Shown in pieces: positions 27,160 through 39,989 of a stretch of DNA of 64,000 nucleotides. Both the position numbers and the translations under genes were made by a program. Every line of letters begins with the position of its first letter. Within the stretch, counting starts at the first letter, position 1. The stretch spans positions 84,215,326-84,279,325 of the forward strand of contig NC_068988.1 of NCBI RefSeq assembly GCF_001194135.2, written 5' to 3'. This DNA is from Octopus bimaculoides. Its lineage: Eukaryota. The notes below the pieces were generated by a model that saw only the letters and a program-made list of their open reading frames with translations, was not told the DNA's origin and ran no database searches.

Positions 27160-27750
27160 TTCCCTCCGCATATATAGGCGTAGGCATGGATGTGTGGTTA
27201 TGAAGTTCATTCCCACTCACATGGTTTTTGGTTCAGTCTTACTACATGACGATTTGGGCCTTGTGAATGGATTCGGTCAACAGAAACTTGTTGCAATCGT
27301 CATTTAATGTCCATATTTCATGCTGGCATGGGCTGGGCATAATATACACACGTATACATGCGTTCATGTGTGTATGTGTATTTAACTTCTCTACTCCAAA
27401 TAATGTGAGCTACAAGCTATTGTCATTTCTCACATCAATATATCATCCACCAACTTTGTGCCTTCCAAAGACGTTTCAAATCAGAGATCTCTGACTTGTA
27501 AAACAGCTGTTTGCGAAAGGAAGGGCATCTGGCTGTAAAACAATGCCTCACTGATACATTCTGCTAAAACCCATGCTAACATGGACAAATGGACATATAT
27601 ATGTTAAAATTGAAGCTGAGAGCTTAGAAGATCACAATGGCATGCTCTCGGCTTCAGTTTTAATAATAATAATAATAATAATGAATACATATCCTCTACC
27701 ACAGAGGATTTTGAGCATTCCTTTCTCATTCTTCCAGCATTAAGCAACAT

Positions 27751-27752
<2 letters not shown>

Positions 27753-27802
<50 letters not shown>

Positions 27803-27889
27803 GCGTGTGTATGTGTGTCCCTCTACATATATGGAGCTTATTGGTCAGGTTTTCTTGCATGCTCTCTCTCTCACCCTTTCTCTCTGATT

Positions 27890-27941
<52 letters not shown>
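27753..27941. repeat. Inverted (TG)n ... (CA)n microsatellite pair
   Basis: About 60 bp of (TG)n and about 42 bp of (CA)n flank a ~90-bp spacer. Confidence 0.9.
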
Positions 27942-27944
<3 letters not shown>

Positions 27945-28199
27945 TTGGTAAAGTCATTAGTGTCAGATAAAAATACCTTAGGGTATTTCATTTGGCCCTT
28001 TTCACTTTGAGCTCAAATCCAGCTGAGATGGATTTTGCTTTTTTATCCTTTGGTGTTGATAAATAAATACCAGTCAGTGTTTCTGCAATCTTTATTTCTC
28101 TTTCTCCTTTGGAAGATGTCTGCTGTAGTTAAGCTTGATGAAGGGTGGGCTTTACCAATTTGATGCGGAATGCATGCTCTAGTAATGAGCTGTGCTATT

Positions 28200-28420
28200 T
28201 TAACCTTTTAATAATCAGACTACTCTGTCAAATGTAACGCGTATTTATTCACATTGTTTTGAATTAATCATGCGTTATCTTGCAGCTTTGAAGTATTGAT
28301 GTAATTGTTTATTTTTAGAATGACATTGTAGAGTAGGTGTGAGAGGCTGGATCTGACCAGTTTGGACATAAAATAGAATATTTGGGCCTGATATGGTCAG
28401 TTTAAATGCTAAAGGGTTAA
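28200..28420 (+). mobile_element. piggyBac-type MITE (TTAA-flanked family)
   Basis: TTAA-CCTTT...AAAGGG-TTAA termini. About 220 bp, with homologous copies elsewhere in the window. Confidence 0.8.
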
Positions 28421-28614
28421 GGTAGGTGGATGTAATGAGTGCTGCAGCACTTGTGCCCAGGGGATCCATGAATCAATTACTATAAATTATATATCATTGG
28501 AGATGGCGCCCACTTTAGTCAAGTACATGGGCTTGGATGCATGTATGATATTGTATATAGATATATATACCAGGATATAAAAAGTAAATGTGTATTTTAT
28601 TTCCAATTTCTTTA

Positions 28615-28810
28615 TTTTGTTTGTCATTTGACTGTGGCCATGCTGGAGCACCACCTTTAGTCAAGTAAATTGATCCCAGGACTTATTCTTTCTAAGCCTA
28701 GTACTTATTCTATCGGTTTCTTTTGCCGAACCACTAAGTTACGGGGATGTAAACACACCACCATCAGTTGTCAAGCGATGTTGGGGAGACAAACACAGAC
28801 ACACAAGCAT

Positions 28811-28843
<33 letters not shown>

Positions 28844-28847
28844 TATA

Positions 28848-28886
<39 letters not shown>

Positions 28887-29025
28887 CGGACTTCTTTCAG
28901 TTTCTGTCTACCAAATCCACTCAAAGGCTTTGGTTGGCCCAAGGCTATAGTAGAAGACACTTGCTCAAGGTAGGACTGAACCCAGAACCATGTGGTTAGT
29001 AAGCAAGCTACTTACCACTCCTGCA
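28615..29025 (-). mobile_element. Full-length SINE-B copy with expanded internal (TA)n
   Basis: Reverse complement of the 25886 copy over its whole length. Confidence 0.85.
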
Positions 29026-29808
29026 CCTAACTTTTTTTTTAATATATAGCCATGTTTCAATGAAACTATATTATTTGTCCCATCTGTAAGATAACAGGCC
29101 GTCTACTTTGTGTGTGAGCATGTGTAGATGGATATGTATGCTTATATTAGATGTGTGTGTAAAATCAGTTCACACAATCCTCAACTCCCAAACTTTGGTT
29201 GACAGTCACACTGACTCTTCTCTTTGTAATTAGACTAATCATATATATTTGTTAACATTGATTGAAAGCACACAAATTACATGGCCAGTGTGAATCATGA
29301 GGTTACTTTGTGTCACTGTGACCTGTAAAAGTTTGGGGTTTAAAAGCCATAGCCTTACTATTGTAAATTCTCGAATGTTATTAATGCAGTTACATAGAAT
29401 TAAGTGTAAGACAAACCTTACAAAATTGAAGAGACTGTTTTTAGCAAAATAAATAAAAAATAAAACTTGAAGTAAAAGAGTATAAAAGAAATGAACTATA
29501 AAAATACTGCAAAAGAAAATCAGGTGCATCTTTATTCTTCAATTCAAAAATCTAAAGTATCTTAAAGTTAAAAATCAAAAATTGAATACTTAAAACAACT
29601 TTAAAAAAAGACCATTTTAAAAGAAATAAACTTAAGATATGTAACCCTTCTTTCCTGAGATTAAAGCATTATTGGACTATAAAACTGTAGTGAATGTAAT
29701 ATGAAAGATTCCATTAAATGAAATAAAAACTATATTGTAAAAGGATTGAAAAGTTTATCCTTACAGAATTTAGTAAATACTAGTATTATAACCAGATTTC
29801 ATTCGGGT

Positions 29809-30001
29809 CTACTCAGGCCACATTTTAAAAGTGAGGAATTTTGCCCAAGAGGCCATGCCTTTCAATTGAGCAAACTCAGAGTTGCCATGCGAACGCCCCA
29901 GCACTTTTAACATAGGTGTGTAAATTTTCAGGTCAAGACTTTTTCCTGCATAACTGCTTGTGATACATCTGCCCTTTTCACAAATATATAGTAGATCATA
30001 T
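29809..30001 (-). CDS. Candidate terminal exon of an unidentified minus-strand gene
   Basis: Minus-strand acceptor ttttacacccgtcctacAG, then an open frame YDLLYICEKGRCITSSYAGK...KMWPE*. The alternative frame is MIYYIFVKRADVSQAVMQEKVLT*. AT-rich unique sequence with AATAAA near 29531-29536 follows on the minus strand. No homolog recognised. Confidence 0.22.
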
Positions 30002-31409
30002 CTGTAGGACGGGTGTAAAATCAAATATCCAAATCCCAAGTATACTACATTTTGTTTTTAGTAAAAATTGCTGGTTCTACCAGATTCTCCTTTGTAGCCT
30101 CAAACCAGGATTATTTTCAAATTAGTATCTGAAATTCACCAACTTACTTTTTATGAGACATATTCACCTGTGTAGTTGGATTTATTTAAGCGAAGTGGTC
30201 ATGTTCCTAAGTTCCATTGCAATAAGGATGTATGACTTAGCAAAAAAAAAAAAAAAAAAATCTTGATTGTTGATTGGACAGGTGTTTTGGAAAGACAATC
30301 TAGAGCAGGTGTCACATGAAGCACAAGAGTGTAGTGTACAATTTTTTAGTAAATACAAGACAATTCTCATTTCTTCTCTCCTCACCTCTCCATCTGTCTC
30401 TCTTTTTCCCTTTTTTAAAAAAATATAAATACAGATATAAAGACAACTTCATATCAAAAGAAATTTTGTACTAAATTTTTAAGGTTTGTTTGTGGCTTGT
30501 AAATTAGCGAGATAATTTTTCTCATAAACAGGACAGCATTGTACATTTGATTTTTGGTGTGGTTTCTAAGACTCAATGCTTTTCTTATCAACAATTAATT
30601 TACTGGTTGTATTTGGTGAATTTTATCATGAGATCTGCATTAGGGAGGTTGTTATGTTCTTGACAAAATAGACCAAAGAGACCTTCTAACTGTTTTCTCT
30701 GCTCTTATACAGGGAACCTTCATTAAATCTTACTCTGTTAAGCTGGTAAACTGTATATTGTCAAGCTGGATATTAGATAAAGCAGATGGAATTTGAGTTA
30801 GAGTTGCTATCAGTGTTAGTGTATATATTGTAGGTGTTCTTGGTGAGCATCATACACTCTCCAAAGAAGGTAAATTTATCAAATATTAAGTAAGCTCAAT
30901 AATGTAATAGGGAGCTAATTTTTCTGTCCCCTCTCTAAGATATATACTGCTTCTGCTTCTTTCCAGCATCCTTAACTACTTGGCCTCTTAATTTATCTAC
31001 TGTTTAAACCTATTTGCTCCTTAAACTCATTGCTGTATTCTATCCATATTCAGTTGGTCACTTATATATGATATACTCTTCTGTATTTGCTTCCATGCTC
31101 CACTCTAATAAGCCATGGTGAGAAGTTGATTGTATAAACCTGAAAAATTTAGTTACTGAATCTGATACGTTTTAGAATAATTTAGTTGAATTAAAGTATT
31201 GTGAAGTATTTTGATATAATCTGGCTGTAATTTTTATCAAATTAAATATGCACTTAAGAACAAAGATAAAATCAGATTGAATTAGCTTGAAGCTTGTATT
31301 TTAATTATGTCAGAACATTTGGTTCAACATGTTAGCATAGTGCACACAATATGACAGCAACCTACATATGCAACACAACATAACTTGTGTTACAATTTAA
31401 GGAGAGTTG

Positions 31410-32090
31410 TAATCTAAAGAAAAAGCATCTGTGAGTTAGAAAATGGAACTTACAAAAAAGTTGGTGGCTGGTGCTTTGGTAGCACAAGTTTGTGAAGAGC
31501 TTGATGTCAGAAAGCAAACTGTTTTGGACATAAGATAAGAACTTGTTGCATTTTCTTTGAAAGATAATATTGATATAAATTCTAAATCATATGAGCATCA
31601 AGAACTTTGAAGGTAGAGACTTATTACTCATGATGAAAACCAGAAATGCATTTGCTAAGGAAACAAACACTTCAAGAAGTGGTTAAACGACTTGTGGAAC
31701 TGGGTTGTATTGATGATTGCTGTCCCCAAACTTTCTGCTGATTTGGGTTAGTGCACCTTTTCACCCTGATGGTCACCAGCTTGTGTGTAATTACGCTAAA
31801 ATAAAGTGCATTTTTACCACTCAGTGTTATCTCCACAGTCCAGTCAATGGATCAATATATAACTGTAATCTGCAAGAAATTACAGCTACAAAGATATTTG
31901 GATGAAGTTTTTGTGGTCATAGAAGAGGCTGACCTATGAGAAGACAAGTGAAGATAGGGAACTGTCAGTAACATCGAGTACTATAACTTCAAGTTTGCAA
32001 TATTCAATTTAGTAACTTCATGGAAGGTACTAAAGATAATCATTCTAGCCATCTCTGAAAAGAATTTCTAGATGGTCTATTGGTAGAATA
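31410..32090 (+). mobile_element. Degenerate pogo/Tigger (CENP-B/Jerky-like) transposase
   Basis: 31440-31538 encodes KMELTKKLVAGALVAQVCEELDVRKQTVLDIR*, a psq-type HTH. Decayed GWL and IYNC motifs lie downstream, with many stops and indels. Confidence 0.75.
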
Positions 32091-33369
32091 CAATTTTGAA
32101 GGGTTCAAGACACCTGGTCATGAATGACCATGGGATTGCACCTAGAAAGTTACCCCCCCCCCCCAAGGCACATGCCAAGCAAGGTTGTTTTTTATGGAAG
32201 ACCAGCAATGTGAAATAAAGTATCTTGCTCAAGAACACAATACAGAGCCTGGTCCAGGAATCAAACCCACTCCCTCATTTTTTTTTACCACAATGCTCTA
32301 ACCAATGAGCCTTCACTGGTATTCTCATTGTAAACCTCAGAGGGCAGGTGAAATACATGTCAGAGAAGAGGAGTTCAGAACATGGCTGGAAGACACAACC
32401 AGTAACCTTACACACCAAGTGTTAATAGAAGAAATAGCAGATGAAGTATCATTTTATACATTTTTCTTCATCATTTAACATGCTTGTTCCATGCTGGCAT
32501 GGGTTGGATGTTTTGACAGGATCTGATGGGTCCATTGCCTGCATTGAGCTCCAATGTCTACTTTTGCATAGTTTCTGTGACTCAATGGCCTTCTTAACAG
32601 CAATCAGTTTACAGTGTGTGCTAGCTGTTTTTTCATGGTACTAGCAGTAGTGAAGTTGCCTTGAGGCTTGTAAATCTACAATCCCTGAGGGAAGCGGCTT
32701 GGAGATGTGGAGTTAAAGTATGAGATAAGGGACCAGAGCAGGACAAGTTTTTTGCTGTAGCTGTGTGCATTTTAGAAGATGGAAGGGGTGATTGTAGTGG
32801 ATCGGGGAAGAGATAAAAAAATAGTGATCAGCAACTGATATTCAGCAATATTATTAACATCTTAGAACCTTAAGGAAACTCATTATCTAAAAGTAGCATC
32901 AACAAAGTAAACAACTAAGTCGCTCTCCAAGCCAGTTCGTCTCAACTCTGCTGCAGGTATTAAACCTGCCAATGAAATTGATGGGCCCCTGTTTACTCAG
33001 TCCTATCTCAATTACCTCCGACTTCTCTCTGAGTGGGAGGAAAACCCATTGAACATAATAGCCCAACTAACTCATGATAATCTCTTCCATATCTTCCCTT
33101 TCAACTTCTTTGTCATCTATCACAGGCAAATGAAATTAACAAATTATAGCATTTTTAATCTTGACATACTGTAAGCCTAATTTTATAACATTTATATTGG
33201 CTTTTTATAGTTAAACGTTTACAGCAATTTCTGTAATTTTGTTACTGTTTATCAAGTTTATCACCCAGTGTCTATATTTCCAATATTGTATATGCATACA
33301 ATATTAATCACAGCATTCACTTAGCTTGGGCAGTTGGCTCAGTTTAATGAAGAATCTCTGCATATGTGA

Positions 33370-33860
33370 TCATCATTTAATGACCCCTTTTATCATGCCA
33401 GCAGGTGTTGGATGGGTCAAGAGGAACCAATGAGCCAAAGGGCTGTGCTGAGCTCCAGTGTCTTCTTTGGCATGATTTCTACAGCTAAGTGCCCTTCCTA
33501 ATGCCAACCACTTTATAGTGTATTGGGATAATCTTGAAAGATGTGAGAGTATGAATGAGGAACAGGTGTCTTGCTGAAGAGGTGAATACAATTGGAAAGA
33601 GAGACAGATGTGGTGGGGGCATACCCTCAAGGTACAATGGATATGTACAAGAGAAAGTGAGAATAGGGATAGAGGAACAGAAAAGGTGAGTGTAAAAAGA
33701 GTGTGATATGATTAGAGATGGGAATTAGGTGGATGCAGTAAATATCAGTTGAGGAAAGGAGAGACGAAAATAAGAGTGAGTCAGAGAGGAAGAGATAAGG
33801 GACAGTAAGTAATAGGAATACAGTATGAAGTGTAATGAGGATGAATCTTTTCATCATGAG
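33370..33860 (-). mobile_element. RTE-tail-type SINE/LINE 3' relic; related at about 32465-32830 and 57935-58130
   Basis: Shared catcatttaa(c/t)g...catgctggcatgggttgga...tttctacagctggatgcccttcctaatgccaaccac motif. Confidence 0.6.
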
Positions 33861-34299
33861 GAAAGGTAGTGCCTATCTACTGGGAGGTATTCTCAAACTG
33901 GAAAGCTAGCCTGAATACTTGCTATAGAGTAGACTCTGTGAAAGGCACTAAAGGTGCCAGGTAGTGGTATTCTAAACCAAGCAGTTGCCCATGCATGCAA
34001 GTCATTTTTCTCCATGCCATATTGTCCAAAGGAAAAGTAAAAGCCAGTGCAGCTTGGCACCAGCACGGTCCACAGGAATGGTCATCAAAAAGCAGAGAGC
34101 CAAAATAAATACTGCAAAATGTCTTGCGTGAAGCTTTAACAATTCCACCATCTTGGACTGATACTTTTGGTTGTCAACTTTAAGTTTTGCAGTGCTGATT
34201 AAACAGTTGATCATGGAAGGTAGTGTGACAATATACAAGCAAAAATATTCATAAACACATCAATATATGATTAGTCATCAGGATTTGATTGGTTGTCAA

Positions 34300-34631
34300 A
34301 ACAGTTGCTAGTATGTGTCATAACGCTTCTCTTTAAAAATTATTTCAATAATCGGCAACATAAAATAATTCGAGAAGCTTCAGCTTCTAATAGAATATAC
34401 ATAACTCCGCTTCACTTATTGAGTACTTCATTTTCGTTTGCGAATTTCTCTATCTCTATACGCATACTATTTTCTCCACATCATAACTATTCATTACACA
34501 TCACTCTTTCTGTCTCTCTCTTTGAGGAAGGTGTTACAAACTGAGGAAACTCAGAGTTTTGGGATGGAGTGAAATAAAGCCTTTTCTTCGAATTATTGTA
34601 TAAGCATTATTACATGCTTTCATTCTCCTTT

Positions 34632-34673
<42 letters not shown>

Positions 34674-35483
34674 TGCCTACTGTAATCACCTCAATTCACA
34701 CCTCCCCATTATCTCTTTCTCTCTTCCAGCTGTTAGGTGAGGTGTCACCTAAGCTGCTGCTGCTCTTACTACTACTGTTACTATGACTGGTTGTGATGGT
34801 CTGGCTGATCTCCTTGCCTCCCTCTTTCTGTCGCTCTCGCTCTGTTTTTCCAATAGTGACCACTCGCTTTTCTGTTGCTGTTTGTATTCCTATTTATTAC
34901 ACATTCAGCCACACATATACACGGACAAACGTATAAGACATTTTATGCAGGATGTCATTGATATTTGATAATCACTGTTGTTAATAACCTGAGCAACAAC
35001 GATAAAAATAATCCTGCAATTAGGGATTTTTGTTTTGAAATACAGTTTGCATTGTCCATCTCTCTCTCTCTCTCTGTCTCACACACAACAATTAACCATC
35101 GTCACCGCCATCACAGCTGTTACCACCACCACTATCGACGCCACTATCATCACCACCACGGTTCCCACCGCCACTGCCATCATTGTACTACCACCATCAT
35201 CACCACCACCACCACCTTCGGCTATGTTGTTCGAATCACAGCTTTACATTTTGCTACGATGAACTCTCAATGGGTCTTCTTCCATGTATGTCTTCTTCGT
35301 CAACGCAGTCATGTTTTTTCTTCCCTCTTCAATGTCAGGTAGGAAAAGATGCCTTGTGAAGATTTCCCCCACATTTCATTTACCTTACAACTAAACCAGT
35401 CTCTACGACACTATGCACCAAACCATAATTATATTGCATATTTTCTATTTCATATTTAATATATCTGTTTGATACTTTGCATG

Positions 35484-35526
<43 letters not shown>

Positions 35527-35737
35527 CTTTGTGTAAATATATGTGTATGTTGCATGTCTTTGTATGGCATCTGTGTATGTCGCTTTTATGCGTGCAGATA
35601 AACACTGTTTGTTCAACGTTATACCCATGTAAACATGAAATAGAAAAAATGAGACTCAACCAATCCACTACATTAAATGAGTTTCATATTGTTTGCATTA
35701 AATATTTTTGTCGGAACACACACACACACTCATTCAT

Positions 35738-35768
<31 letters not shown>

Positions 35769-35973
35769 AAATATATTTGCTCTCACAATTAATATACATA
35801 TATTGGCACACGCGCATTATGTGTATTCACACACACTATAAATAAGCATATGTACTTATATGTATATAAATATTATATATCGTGGATGTTGAATTCTGAT
35901 TCGTAAATCATAACGTTAATGTTTTTTTTTAGTTCAATTTCACTTTTCAATATACTCCTCGGAGCCGAGGCAA

Positions 35974-36011
<38 letters not shown>

Positions 36012-36480
36012 CACTCGCTCGCGCACGGACTCTATGCATTTATTATTATAATAATTACTAGGTAGTATTTTCGCCGAAAATTGGGTTCTTTGCATTCGTT
36101 TTATGTTGCATCCCTGTACGCTACAGTCTAAAATTCCCTGCCAAGTTCTACATTAAAATTGCCGCTGGGCTTGGTAAATGTAAAATACAAATTAGGAGGG
36201 TGGGCACATCTTGCCTTCGCTTTGTTTCTGTCTTCTCTAAGTTCATCACATAAATTGACCTGCTGCACAGCGTTTGTTACACACATTCACTCACTCACTC
36301 ACACATACACTCACACACACATTAAAGTCACATGTCATTGATTATATGCAACATGTTATATCGTGTCTGCTAACGGGATTCCTCGGGGTATGTTTATGAT
36401 AAATGAATGTCACATCTGTCATTTTATATCGTATCTACTAATGGATATAAGATGGATACACACATCCGTACATACATACG

Positions 36481-36500
<20 letters not shown>
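34300..36500. promoter_or_regulatory. CpG-retaining putative promoter/5' UTR region of FAK
   Basis: CpG is visibly more frequent than in the flanks. The region has CAC/CAT/ACC triplet low-complexity sequence typical of 5' UTRs and a strong acceptor (tctctttctctcttccAG, 34728-34729). Judged by eye, not quantified. Confidence 0.45.
35259..35338 (+). CDS. Putative upstream coding exon of FAK with alternative donors
   Basis: ATG 35259 with donor CAT|GTATGT (35285/35286) gives MNSQWVFFH at phase 0. ATG 35270 with donor CAG|GTAGGA (35338/35339) gives MGLLPCMSSSSTQSCFFFPLQCQ at phase 0. Both join in frame to the exon at 52202. The region is non-repetitive and CpG-retaining. Splicing is inferred, not demonstrated. 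Confidence 0.4.
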
Positions 36501-36534
<34 letters not shown>

Positions 36535-36729
36535 NNNNNNNNNNNNNNNNNNNNNNNNNNNNNNNNNNNNNNNNNNNNNNNNNNNNNNNNNNNNNNNNNN
36601 NNNNNNNNNNNNNNNNNNNNNNNNNNNNNNNNNNNNNNNNNNNNNNNNNNNNNNNNNNNNNNNNNNNNNNNNNNNNNNNNNNNNNNNNNNNNNNNNNNNN
36701 NNNNNNNNNNNNNNNNNNNNNNNNNNNNN
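36535..36729. other. Assembly gap (N run) between (TA)n and (CA)n
   Basis: N run. Confidence 1.
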
Positions 36730-36776
<47 letters not shown>

Positions 36777-36943
36777 ACGTTTTCATAACGAACTAAACAT
36801 GCGTTATATCACAATCTGCTAATGGATATTTCGCATCCATTGTATATGAGAATACATGCTGATATCCTCTCGTGTGTGGGCGTATCATAAATGAGCATTA
36901 CTGTAGATGAAAAAAAAATGTAATAACCCCTACACACACACAC

Positions 36944-36982
<39 letters not shown>

Positions 36983-38134
36983 ATTTTAGAGATATCAAAT
37001 AATACATTCGAGTTCTTGTGATGTCTCATGTATATGGATACATTTCTATCAAGTTTGGGTATTTTGTCAACAGTTCCAATATGCTGAGAATTTAGTGCTC
37101 TCTGTTACCAGAAGAGTGATTCAACACCTGCAGTTGGACGATAAAAAAAAAAAAAGACTGATATATTTCTATGGGATGCTGCTATTGCATTCAAAATCAT
37201 TGGGTTTTTTTTATTGGTTTTTCATAACTGTTTCTTTGTAACACCTTCCCTCCCACTGTTTGTCTCTGTAACGTCCCTGCGTTTTTTGCCTTTGTGACAA
37301 CTAAGAGAATTGTGTGTGTATATAGATATCTGTAAGCATGTTTGTGTGTGTATACACACACACACATGTGTATGTGTGTGTGTACTTGTGTGCTGTATTT
37401 ACATATACAATGCAACCTCAAATACAATGCCACCTATTTCTTGAACAGAAAAAAAATCAATATTTTTTTGTTTTTAGTCAGCTATAATGCTAGCCTCTCC
37501 CACCCCTCCATCGCAGGCTCCAATGTTTTGTATTAAAATTGTCACATTATACACATGTTGAAATAGTATGCATTGTATACAAGTGTTGCTTTTCTCCCGA
37601 GATAACTTGAACCAACTCTTACGAGTGAATCCACAGAATTGCAACAGTAACCAGCCACACTTGTTGATTACAGACACTTGTCACAGAGACCATCAGCCAT
37701 TTTTGTGATTCCAGTGACAGACACTATACAGTACACACACAGGGACCAAGCGATGAATTAATAGAGCACAAAGCCTGACCAGATACTGTAATGCATTTAG
37801 TCCCTGTGCTCTAATGATTCTGAGTTCAAATCCTCACAATGACAACTTTGTCATTTTGGAAGTCCCAGTACAAGATGGTGGAATGGCAGAATTGATATTA
37901 CATTGGACAAGATGCCTTATGTTATTTCTTCTGGCTCTTTCTGTTTTGACCTCTTGGATGCTGGACTTAATTCATTATTCAATTTAACACTGCTAGGTAG
38001 TGCTTTGATGCCTTTAGCACAGTTCATTCTGTTGCAAGTATCAGCTGAGATCTCTCATTGGAAATAATTTGCTCACTTCCTCTAAAGAGTGTTGGAGATC
38101 TTAAAAAAATAAGATCCTATGTACTGCTCTTTCC

Positions 38135-38335
38135 TCTTTGAGTGGTTGAAACTAAAACTTAAAAAAAAAAATCTTTTCTAATTTTCCATTTTTTCAAACC
38201 ACCTAATTGAGAATGGAAGAACAGTACCTATGATCCCTCATAGGTACTGTTCTTCCATTCTCAATTAGGTGGTTTGAAAAAATGGAAAATTAGAAAAGAT
38301 TTTTTTTTAAAGTTTTAGTTTCAACCACTCAAAGA
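38135..38335. repeat. Near-perfect palindrome (99/98-bp arms, 4-nt spacer TCCC)
   Basis: 38135-38233 is the reverse complement of 38238-38335 except at the poly-A/T run. Confidence 0.97.
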
Positions 38336-39989
38336 CTGATGGAATTACTTTCAAATCAAGGGCCTGATCTGAATCCATTCTCCAGTTGTCCACTTTACTG
38401 TTTAGGGCCTTCCATCCATGCATGTGGGTTCAGATTTTTATCTCCTCTGAACACTGGTCTGGAATATTAAAAGAACTTGATGTAAGATACTTAATGTAAT
38501 CAATAATTGTTCCAGAATTTCACTTTAGAAGTATAATAGGGACTTTTTCTTGAGATACTAGTGGGTACTGTTTTTGTTTTGGTCACATTGATTTTCATGC
38601 CAACCTGTGGCACACTTATACTTGAACTATCCGAGAGCTGATTAGACAGCCAGGTAGTTGTCACTAATTGCTGCAAGGCCTTAAGTTAAGCTCAATGATA
38701 TCTAGAAAATCTAGTAGGGCATTCCCTGCAGTTCAGTCAGTAACAAAGATGGAGAGCTTTGTAGATAGAACACAGTATGCTATGTATATAGTATGCAATA
38801 ATTTGATTCGCCAACTGAAGTCCCCGAGTACACTGCAGTTGACAGAATCAGAACTGTGTGAGTGAGAGAGAGAGGTTCTGCTTAATTGTTCACAATAAGC
38901 AAATGTACTGTTTATCATAGAACGTTGATAAAATGTTATTTTGCTTCTGCCTTTTTCTAAATGTTTTTGTATATAATCTGAAGGAGGAGGGGCAAGGGGA
39001 GTATCTACCTGATGTAGAGAACTATTCTCACATAATGTGTGTTCAGATACACAATATATCTAAAATTAAATAAATTGGCAAGTCAATACTGGAAACCTTT
39101 TAATGATGGGTCTGTTGGATCTAATTCTCACCTCAGCTTTTCTCCAAATGTTATGGCAAAAAACCAAATCTATTTTTGTTTCATGTCCAAAATACACTTG
39201 AAAAGAAAAACTGAAGGAAATTATGTTAGCACCTGCAATGGTCCACAACGAACCAAACCAGATTGTCCAGATTCATGCCACAAACTGTTGTTCTTTGGAC
39301 CTTTTTGTTTTTAGAGCTATAAATATCCAAATTATATATTTAGATTCAATGTTTCATTGAGCTGTTGGGACATTACTGAATGTTTAGCCTTCATGTACTG
39401 ATATGAGAAGTACATGTGAGAGTTATACAGTAATGGTCATATTTTGCCTTCTCTGGGCCCATGGTAGGATCTGCACTTGGTACACAGTGTGTGCACATCT
39501 TTGTGTTTGTTTCTCACCTCCTGACAGTTGTTCATTTGTTTACATTCCTGTATCTTAGCAGAGAGATTGATAGAATATGTACCACACTTAATTACTGGAG
39601 TCAATTTAATCAATTAAATCCTTCAAGGGGGTACCCCAGCATGGCTGCAGTTCATTAACTGCAATAAGTAAAAGAAATGTATAACTCCACACTACATGAT
39701 GCCATAAAATTAAAAATTTAGATGAGACGTGATGAATCTGGTAATTACAAAAATTACCTGATAATTAGGAAAAAATTTTATTCTGACCAGTAGTGAGTCT
39801 TTCAGTAGACAACTCATTTGTGTTAGGGGATGAGATAGAGGTCTTAGATGTTGGCATAACTTTGTTTCTTTTCTTTTTTATTTTAGAAAGGGGAGGGAAG
39901 AGGAACAGTGCCCATGACCTTTGCAGGAAAGCTTGAAATAATTAACTGACATTATTGTCTGCAATGTTCTGAAAATAACTTGCCAAAAT

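Larger units (their letters stand above)
23700..27500. promoter_or_regulatory. CpG-retaining region; putative 5' end of a minus-strand gene
   Basis: Both unique sequence and the resident SINE copies keep their CpGs. The minus-strand read of 23480-24130 looks like a uORF-rich 5' UTR with GGT/AGC triplet runs and a possible donor (AA|GTAAAT near 23494). Confidence 0.35.

Noticed and set aside
34002-34238. Minus-strand ORF with a signal-peptide-like segment (MVELLKLHARHFAVFILALCFL...)
   Set aside because: The DNA matches a decayed SINE head (caagatggtggaattg...gcagtattt), as at about 37872. The hydrophobicity comes from T-rich repeat sequence.
34965-35342. 125-aa His/Thr-rich ORF as a stand-alone metal-binding protein
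   Set aside because: It is CAC/CAT/ACC triplet low-complexity sequence open in several frames, typical of 5' UTR. Only its 3' end is kept as a possible FAK exon.
39129-39200. Minus-strand exon-like segment (VYFGHETKIDLVFCHNIWRKAE|GTGAGA)
   Set aside because: It is a single isolated antisense candidate within the FAK intron, with no partner exons or homology.
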